Below are positions 12,096 to 21,600 of a stretch of DNA of 64,000 nt, piece after piece. The translations under genes and the position numbers were made by a program. The notes under the pieces are model-generated. The model ran no database searches. It had not been told where the DNA came from and worked only from the letters and a program-made list of their open reading frames with translations. Position 1 is the stretch's first letter. Every line of letters begins with the position of its first letter. The stretch comes from Paraphysomonas bandaiensis (lineage: Eukaryota; Protista; Chrysophyceae), in assembly GCA_965644295.1 (NCBI GenBank), contig CBFFRP010000094.1, positions 62,001 through 126,000 on the forward strand, read 5' to 3'.

Positions 12096-13826
12096 CAGGG
12101 ATAGGGAACAATATATTGCAATACTATTGTTAGGTAGCGTTCCATCAATAGTATTGATGGATTTTTTAAACCGGCCCTACAATATTACAATATATTGCAA
12201 TATATTAGTATGACTAATCAGTAAGTAAACACATCCGTAGTTTTCATTTTTAGTACTTGCCATATTTTATAAGGTCTAAGGTCACTTGATAATCAAACCC
12301 ACTACTCTTAACTAATTAAAAGTTTCCTCATACTCATCCTCTGAGCCATCATCGGTGACATCATCATCACCATATTCATTCAATATTGATTGAAATATGC
12401 TTGCATCCGGCCACAACTGTCGGTTAGCTTTCAGAAACAACAGCATATTAAGTGTAGTAGGATGCATACGTTTGTCAAGTCCAATTCTTCGCCTGCTTGG
12501 AGTTTTGCAATTCCATTCTCGAAATTCGGATCATTAACAATGGGACTGTTTTTCTGTAAAGCAGATAGTGGATACTTTGGCCTAAAGTCCCTCAATAAGC
12601 CATCCAATATGTTCCGGCATTCATAAAGATTCACTTGACTTGATCCTCCAGTTTGAAGCAATTTCGAGACGCTTTCAAACTTCCTCAGGTCGTCTACAAG
12701 GGCGATTATTTCGGTATTCTGTCGAGGAGTAGGAATCATATCAGTAACTGCAAGCGGTAAGTCTTCAATTTTTAATACATGATCTTTTATACGCATCCAC
12801 TTTATACGATAGTATCAAACCAATCCGCAGCAGTGAATCCGTAGAATTTCTCTTCATCAGGTAGATCTTCATCGAAAACAGTGTTGTCATCAATATCCTC
12901 TTGCACATTACAAGACAACAATAACAAATTCGGAGTATTGGTTCGGTCGCAAAAGGTTGCAAATATTGCACTGTAGTGGTGGGAGTCCGACGTCCAACCG
13001 TCCATGACTAGACCAAATGTTGGTGGTAATATATCTTTAATCATATCACGTAGCTTCAGTTCCAACAGTCTCATATATTTTTTCAGTGTTTTTGTAGTTA
13101 TCTTACCCAAAGAAGTCTTATTTCTAGTTAATTTCTTCTCACAGAAATTTAATGGAAGATTTTCCTCGACAATCCACTCCACCCACTCATAAATTGTTTT
13201 CGCCTTGTCTGAAGGCTGCAGAACAAAAGCATCCATGGGACCATTGGTGCAGACAGCCCGTAAATACCTCTTCAATGTCTCCTCCCACACATCATGAGAG
13301 AAAGTGTGATCCTTTAGATTGTTGTATCCATTCCGAATATTCTGTTGTCGTTTACGTCCGCAGATTTTACACTCGTGTTTGTTCGGGACACCTTCGACCG
13401 GACTCCAAAAACAGCGGTAAATGTCCCTACTCTTGTATGCACTCATCATTCAGTTGTCTCTTCTTGTCACTATAGGATATATATACTATATTAAGAGAAG
13501 TACTGTACATACATGTGGAGAGGTGTAGAGTGCTGTTTGAGCTGGCGATACATAAAAAATAGAAAATAACATCAAAAATAGGCTTTTTTTCTTATTTTCC
13601 GGATATTTGTATACAGAGGCGTATATTTTGCACCATACAGTTGAGGATCTTCTCTTATATGACTATCATAATATTGATTGCAATATATTGCAATAGTATT
13701 GTGAGCTCTATTAACAGAAACACTATTGATGGAATATTTGACCAGTCCACCAATCAATATATTTTACAATATATTGCAATATATTGTACAATATATTGCA
13801 ATACAATATATTGTTCCCTATCCCTG
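12096..13826 (-). mobile_element. hAT-superfamily DNA transposon, internally deleted and non-autonomous, 1731 bp
   Basis: Perfect 23-bp TIRs CAGGGATAGGGAACAATATATTG (12096-12118 and 13804-13826). 8-bp TSD ATTATAAT (12088-12095 and 13827-13834). Subterminal TATTGCAATA repeats. Transposase remnants inside. Confidence 0.95.
12312..13449 (-). pseudogene. hAT transposase remnant in three pieces: BED finger plus first catalytic Asp, a middle fragment, and the end of the dimerization domain
   Basis: CKIC...NLKDHTFSH (BED finger) and FGLVMDGWT (first D), then a frame break near 12800. KWMRIKDH...FESVSKLLQ...PNFENGIAKLQ, then a frame break near 12470. KRMHPTTLNMLLFLKANRQLW and an acidic tail end at TAG 12312. 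Confidence 0.85.
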
Positions 13827-13907
13827 ATTATAATTAATAATTAACCATAGGAGTGTAAGTTACAGTACTAATGTAGCTAAATAACTTAACTAGTGATTAA
13901 CTCTGAC

Positions 13908-13954
13908 ATCCTACTCTTTGGCGCTACAAAAGCTGCTTGTGCATCAATAGCAAG
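13908..13954. repeat. ~47-bp dispersed repeat, copy 1 (copy 2 at 27110-27155)
   Basis: ATCCTACTCTTTGGCGCTACAAAAGCTGCTTGTGCATC versus ATCCTACTATTTAGCGCTACAGAAGCTGCTTGTGCGTC: 34 of 38 identical, and both are followed shortly by GCAAG. Confidence 0.7.
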
Positions 13955-14108
13955 ACAATAGATAAACCCATGACAGAGTTCATATAATATGTCGAATGAG
14001 TAAGAATTAGTACCCGGTTGCCGATGCTTGTAGATAATAATATACAATCTAACAATTCTACTTCGTTGTTATATGTATCAACAAAACAACACACGGCTCC
14101 ACAGTAGC

Positions 14109-15492
14109 TCAATTCCAAAATGACATTCGCTCAAACATGGACATCTTCACTTGCCCATCAATATCGTCGCCGTCAATATCACTGTACATAAATTCCGTTG
14201 GATCTTCATGGAAAAACGCTATCATCTTTTTGTCTATCATGGTCAGCTCGTCTTGAAGCCGTGTGAAGTATGAACTGCTGAGAAAGCTGTCTTCAAAATC
14301 GGCTCTTAGAGTGGTCACCATATGGCTCAGAGCCTCAGAGAATAGGTTTTTCGGGTACTGGCCAATGAGGATCTTGTCCTGCATTGTGGTGCGGACGGAG
14401 TCTGGTAGAGGAAGTGGTCGGGGAGCGGAGGGACATATGAACTTATCGTATATGATAGCAGCTCTGGATGGTAACAAGGAGCGAGAAGAGATAGCCATGT
14501 ACTCTCGCACCGAGGTATAGAAGCTGAGCCACTGCATTGCTTCTTCTCCCTTAACATCCAACAGCCACTCTTGTATGAGCTTAAACGTATCCTGATGTCG
14601 CAGGTAGTTTATAAGCATAGGTCTGGTTATTAATGTTGACAGCTCTCGGCGGCGGGCCTGTAAAGAGTCCTTAAGAAATAGAGCCAATTGAGCAGCATCA
14701 TCTTGATAAGGTGCCATGATCTGGTTAAGGTTATTCAATAAGACCGCACGCTCTAGCTCTACATCCTGACTCATCAGAAAAAAGTCAAGGAACCCGCCAC
14801 TCACAAGGAACTCCCAGAAAGCCTGCAGTCTCTCACTGCAACTACTCTGAAGGGGGCAGAGAATGCTATATATCTGACGGTAGCAATCCTCGGCAAGAGA
14901 CAAAATTACTTGGGGATCCCGTAGATGTACAGGACATTGCAGTTGCTCTATTAGACAGAACATGAGCAGCACATTGCTTTCTTTACATGACCGCATCATC
15001 TATATAAAATATAAGCATACATGTTACATAGTCTAAAGTAATACCTCATCCGTTATGATGCCAGCATGAACTAACACCGCAGATTTGGTGGCGACTTTAT
15101 AAATATTGACACGCATCCCTTTCGCCACCCGCACATTAGAAACTAATGATACGCGCAACAATAAAAACAGAAATAAGTCCACAATATGGACTTACATTTT
15201 ACGAGAGCGCTGTATATGGCATCCATAATTTGGATCCCAATGCTGCCCGTGAATCTGTGGATTACTCTTCTACCGCTACTTGACTCACTGTTAATTAATA
15301 GCAGTCAACATATACTGGAAACAAAGAGAGGGGTTCGAAACCTCATTTTAGAGGCCAGAAATTTCTTCAGCTTGAGGGAGCTGTTTATTTCTGTCTTGGA
15401 TCGCGCAGAGCCTGCAGTACACGTTAAGACACAGCAGACACAGCGCACCGGCCTCTACCTTCGGGTGGAGTCGAAGTCTTTCTCGCCTCCAT
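14109..15492 (-). CDS. RGS (regulator of G-protein signalling) domain protein; about 5 exons
   Basis: The last exon has WLSFYTSVREY...RAAIIYDKFICPSAPRPLPLPDSVR...LFSEALSHMVTTLRADFEDSFLSSSYF (RGS). Upstream small exons from ATG 15492 (MEARKTSTPPE) join via GT-AG introns. Confidence 0.8.
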
Positions 15493-16012
15493 ATCTATGT
15501 AAGAATTTCTTACAGTTCGAGTCGACTCTGCTCTTCCTCGTGTTGTGTATCCACCAGAGGCCCTTGTAATAATATCTTGTCAGTGTGTGGGTATCTGCCT
15601 GCTCTCGGTCACTGGTAGGAACTACTCGCAGTGTTGTGATGTAGTGTATATGTATACACCTATATACGTATATACAGCAGCAGCATATTATTGTGAGTGG
15701 TAGTTTGTACTACAAGAAAATATACCACTGTATTTCTGATCGTTACAACTCTTATTGTATAAAGTACACTGTATACTTCTGTATTTCCTATGCATACTGC
15801 TGTGTATAGATGAAGGATGTGACTGATGTGTATGTACACGCCCATACAGAGACAGCACTGTAGACTGTGGATATACATACATGTACCCGCAGATGAACTC
15901 ATTGACATTCTCTTGAGACGCACGACGAAGATATATCTGTATTATCTCTTGCATCTATCGTTAACATCCTGTCAGTAGTTCACTGTATGGTCCCGGAGCA
16001 AAGAGAGATAGT

Positions 16013-17803
16013 ATGAGTGCCGAGGCCGAGGAGTGGATATGGGGGAACCATAGGGGGGGAGGGGGGGCTCCCGTGCGAAACACACACGGGGAACAGGTTG
16101 CTAATCTACGCACAGTGGTTAAGGGGTCTCCGCATAAGAGGCAGTCTCTCGATCAGCATCAGGAGGGCGGAGGCAGGTACCACAGTCCCATTAAAGGTCT
16201 GGAGACGCATTACAGCAGCCCTCAGCAGGCAAGCCCAGTGAGGTTAGGCCATCGAAATATTAACATTGACGATTCGGAACGAGAAATTAAAGCAAGGTGT
16301 TGTGATCTATATGATGTTGATATTTAGCTGATAGATTAGCAGAAAAGCTCGTGAATACCAGGAGCAGTTAAGAGAACAAGTGGAGGCCAAAAAGCGACAG
16401 AAAGAGGCTGAAAAACGGGAGAAAGACCGTGATAAGCAGAAGGAACTTGACGAGTACATGACTAATCACTACAGGGGGCCTCCACCCCAGGGTGGCCAAG
16501 TTAGTCCTCGTCGAGTGGTTAAAGATGATTTTTCTCCCCGTGGTGAGAGAAGGAATAATGGCAAGCGAGAAAATTTACACATGGAAAATGGGCAACCCAA
16601 TGACTGGGATAGAAGCGGACGGAGAGATAGAGAAGGAGGAGGTTGGAGGAGACAGGAGAGTGGAAGCCCCAGAGGTAGAAAGGACACAGATGGAGAGAGA
16701 GGTGGACGTGAAGACAGACGACGTGACGGTGCTACTCGGCACGAGGAGTATGTTGATAGTAGAGAAAGAGATTACAGAGACAGAAGTTCTCAGGATAGGG
16801 AAGAGAGAGATCGTGATAGAGGAGAGTGGGTCTCTAAGGCTGAGTACGATGAGCTCTCCGCTATCTGCAGAAAACTAATGGAACAACAGGCAGACCTGAC
16901 GTCACAACTTCAGCTCCAGGCTGAGATCATAGAGGTATGGGATGTGAACACTGCTTGTATATGTTCCGATAGATGGAAGTTGATTTGCTTGAATCCTGTT
17001 TGAAGCTCTGTGCCTTTTGAGAGTCAGCAGATTTTATACCTATACATGTATCGACGGAAATTGTTATGTATTTTATGACTCATTGTAGAACTAATAGCTT
17101 TGTATTGCAGGATCTGAGATCAGGGGCTGCACCTGTTGCTGGTAGGGCTGTAAAAGAGAAGGACACTGCCCGCAGTACAAAGCAAAATGCGGGAGGTGGT
17201 GTGGCATTTGGCCGGCGGAATGGTGCCAGGGCAGCTGGTGGCCGGGCCAGTAAGCAACAGTCAGATGTAAGCGGAACAGACGCCCTTCGGTCTCAGAGTG
17301 TTCATCAGAAGCTTCCAGGTACCCGGCGAGCGGCTGGGGCGGGAGTGAAGCTTCCTGCAGTAGATAGACGACCCTCTTCAATGCATGAGGCACCCAGAGC
17401 CCCTGCTGGCGGCGCTCCTGCTGCAACTGGTCGTAGAGGTTTGAAGGCCCTATCTGGAGCTACGAAGAAAGGTGGGTCGTCTCCTGTAGAACCTCCAGCT
17501 GCTAAGAGTGGTGTGAGTGGGTTCAAAAAGCTTCAAATGGGTATCAGTAAGCCTGCAGGTGGTCCTGTCATTGTGTCGTATGAGGATGAAGAACCCACTG
17601 TTGTCCAGAGGCGACCAGTCAAGGAGAGAACGCAGGGGGGCCGATCCCAGCTCCCAGTTGCTACCAACTCAAAGTTGAGAGAGAGTAATAATGAACTGGT
17701 AGGAGCTAGTGAGCACTTATATATGGGCAGTGCAGAGTCGGACGGTATCAGCAACGACCAACTAGACAGGCTTTTATATCAAGTCAGAGGAGCTAGAAAC
17801 TAA
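16013..17803 (+). CDS. CSPP1/CCDC66-like centrosome/cilium coiled-coil protein; 3 exons
   Basis: WIWGNHRGGGGAPVRN..GEQVANLR resembles the CSPP1 GGGGAP motif. After the first intron, KAREYQEQLREQVEAKKRQKEAEK is CCDC66-domain-like. Confidence 0.6.
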
Positions 17804-18342
17804 GGTACAAGCATTTTATACCATATAGAGCACTTCGTTAGATCGACATACCTATACCACGGAAATATGTCATGCGGTAAATCTTAGGAATGAGTACGAC
17901 GAATTATGCATCGAATGTTGCTTAGAAATCAGGATTGCCTTCTTTAGCCCACTCGTTTCATGTGCTATTGTGTATAATGTCATATACGCCCTGTTTTGTG
18001 AAGTGGTCATGCTCTCACGAGTAAGAAATTAATGAAAAGTCTGCATCATCATAATAACAATAGCTAGTCAGTTACAGTGTTTTCTTCGTTACAGAGTAAC
18101 ATTCAGCTTTTTGATTGTCAACTGACTGGAAACGGTGATGTTTCGCTGCAGGGAACTATATTATCAACAGAAATAAGAACTATTAATTCTCAATTCAGAC
18201 TGAAGTATTCTCAAAGGCTCAAAGGTAGCATATTGAGATCAATATGGCCCACAAGTTTGTGCAAGATAGCGAAGAATCATAAAAGCTATCTATGTAAGCA
18301 CAGGTAGTCGGTGGGATTCCATCATTTTACCCTCCTGGCCAG

Positions 18343-18360
18343 CAGGGCTGCGTAACAATT
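18343..18360 (+). repeat. Orphan CAGGG-type (hAT-like) transposon terminus
   Basis: CAGGGCTGCGTAACAATT is 17/18 identical to 48096-48113. A related CAGGTTTGCGTAAC lies at 26661. Confidence 0.45.
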
Positions 18361-18621
18361 GCAAATGTTTTTTTCCTGGTATTAACACTCATCCACTTAG
18401 TCTCTAAACTAATTAAATAATCAACATTTTTACTTGCCTTTGTAACATAACCGTTAAAGAAAAACATCAATATCAAAAGTTTGAGGTTTGACCACTACCT
18501 CGTCAGTAATATTTATAATATATGAACACAAAATCAAAATACTACCATAACTACTATATAGAGAACATAGGAGCACACCATCTCACAATAACTAATATAC
18601 GAGGATTACTACCACATTGAA

Positions 18622-21600
18622 CTATGATCTGAATGTATCACCAAATAACGTAACAAACTCGTCGAAATCAAGTTCATCATTGTGATCAGCATCGCCCTCA
18701 TCCACCATGCTGGCTATGGTGTCGTCATCAACTCCAGTTTCTATAACATAATCGCTACCCCTAAGGTTGTCACTTCCTGTTACGGCAGCTATCTGATCCC
18801 GATTGATGGCATTCTTAATTTCATTTCGGTCCACAGTCCCGCTATTATCAACGTCAAAGTAGTCAAATATTTGACGCAGCTGTTTTATCTCTCTTGCGGA
18901 ATAGACAACAACCTTGTCGGCACTCGTTTCATCTCTCGGAAGTCCGAAATACTTAACGCAATCCTTCCTCTCGGTTGCCGTCATCAATGGACACATCTGC
19001 ATCAGAGCTCGTTGAAGCGTTATAAATAGTGTACTATGCATAATTCCTCCGCCCTTATTGCTCACAAGATTTTTCTCTAATGAGATCTTGAAATGGGGCC
19101 TGGTGCGCACATACTTGTGCCTCAATAAATCATGAAGAGCAACACATCCGGTAGTTCCATCAGGAGATTCTTTGAGCTCCTCTACCCTAGATGCCGTTGA
19201 CGCTGTCAGAACGATATCTGTCCCAGTGAGATCTCTCTTTGGTAGAGATTTAAAAACCTCGAAGAATTGCAGCAACTCTGCCGCCTTGTATGGGCCAAAA
19301 GACTGCCTGGCTCTTAGTTTATCCTCAGCAGTTCTCTCGTTGAGCGTAGTGTGTGATTGAAACAGCCGGACAGAGGTTTGCTTTCTAGCGACGCACTTGT
19401 CTTCATTTTTCTCCTTGGTAGATATCCCCATGATATCAAAGTCGACTTTGTCACCCACAAGTGACTGTCGAACCTTTCTCACCCAGTTACTTTCCGCTCG
19501 CTGTTGTTGCTGCCCAAGGAGAAGCATTTCTTCAAATGTATCTTTCTTCGGCACTGTCAAAGAGGTGGCTTGATTTCCTATAGATTTTTGTGCATTACGC
19601 AAAGCCCGGGCGGAAGCTCGCTTTGAATTTCTTTTCCGGTTGCGGTCCGCCTTTCGGAATTCAGTTTCAGATTTTTCCATCCGCCTATCGAATTCTTCAA
19701 GAAGTTCTTGAGTATGTCGTCTAGCTGCTTCAGCACGAGTCTCAATAGCTCCATCTGGACCACATGACATCTGGCTGTTTAATCGTATAAAAGGGGTTGA
19801 TCGACTTTTGGAAAGTTCTCTATTTAGTGGGGAAGTAGGATTAAATGTCTTAGACTGCTGACGACTAGGAGAACGAGAAAATGGAATACGAGACGATCCT
19901 GGGTTGGTGGCCTCGTGACTCAAGCTTTGTGGCATTACTACCCGAGAGAGAGATCTACTTAAGTTCTCGATACCTCGCTGTTCAGGGCTTTGTTCCGGTG
20001 GCGCATCAGCCATATTAGCATCAAGACTCGTGCTTGGAGTCACCATTTGTCGGGACGGGGAGTTGCTATAACTTGTCACCACTCGAGATACACGCACCTC
20101 TTCATCAAGCGACGGAGTGACATCAGGTTCGCCGTCGTGTTTCACATCAGCTCGGGGAAATTCATTATCTGGGGCTACTGCAAAATCAACTTCCCGGCTA
20201 GCACTTGGAGTCACAATTGTACCAGACTTAGATTTCATAGCACTCTTAATAGCTTGAGGTTTCGGGTCAGTCTGAATTTTCGGGGTCGTATTTTCATCGT
20301 TACGCCCGTCACAACTGGCAGCATCTTTAACACTTGTCAAATCCGAAATATCTTCACCAGCGAAATCATCGTCATTAGCCACAACGTCATCATCTTCCAT
20401 CACTCCTACACGAGAAGCAGCAAGAATAGCCTCTTCACTTCGAGATTGTGTAATATGTTGTTGTGAAACGGCCACCACCTCTCCATCCTGATACTGATAT
20501 ATATCTACTTGGGCAGAGCTAGCAACAGCCTGGTCTTTACCCTTGCGTTTTCTCTTCCGTCTAGCAGCTATACGCGTAGCCTGTGAGTTCCTTAAGTACT
20601 CCAAATACTCCTCCATCTTTCCATCTGGGCATAGGTGCCGAATTTTCGACTCAATTATTTTGCTCTGATCAAACACAACGCCACGCTTCTCAATCTCTCG
20701 ATGCAAATTCTCATACATCGATCGCAGTCTGTTATCAGAAGTGATATCCCAGTTCGCCGGGTCTTGAGCTTCAATAGCAGCCATTTCACTCCTGTAGTGC
20801 CAATTGCCAACTTCAGTGGATATAGGCTTCTGACTCTGTTGCTGACTTGATTTTTGAAGACATGCGTCAGCAATTTTAATTGTCTCGAGATACTTTCTGT
20901 CTTCTGCATTCTCGACACTACTTGTGAGCGATGGCATTCTGACTTTTGACCTTTTCTTCCTTCTGCGCTTCAACTTCTTTCCGCGCCCACTGGAATTTTT
21001 AATAGCCGGAAGAGTAGACGAGTGCTGCAGTTGCATTCGTGCTATGTCTTTCTTGCTAGGGTCGTACGTCATCTGCCCACTGAGTTGACAAAGTACACGA
21101 GTTCTATCCGGGAATCCTTTGATTTTTTTCATCGACTGCTGCATTTGCTCGGACATAAGAGACCCTGATTGAGAAAGCTCTCCAAAAGGATCTTCTTCCT
21201 TTAAAAGCTTTTCCAAGTCCCTTGCGTCAGTGAGAGTTGTTCTGGGGCGTGGTGGTTTCACTTCTTTTACCGTCTTGAGTTGAAGGCTGTGTGCAGAGAC
21301 CACATCGGTTGAATTTCGCCTCTCTGTAACGACCTGGTCTAGATTAAGATCACTCACCCAACGCTGTGCTATGGCGATTCTTCGCATTCTGCGTAGCTGC
21401 ATGTCCTCGGGATTTCTCCATGCCTTACGAAATAACTTATCCATAGCACTCCCACGTGTCAACAACCCGCAAAACCGAGCGTCGATATTCCACATCTGAA
21501 TGCTACAGTCTTCTGATGCGGTGAGTATCCAGTCGTGTTCACCCACAATAGAGAGGCTAACCAGTGGGCCAGTATGCGGTCTCCATACTACTTCAAGGGT

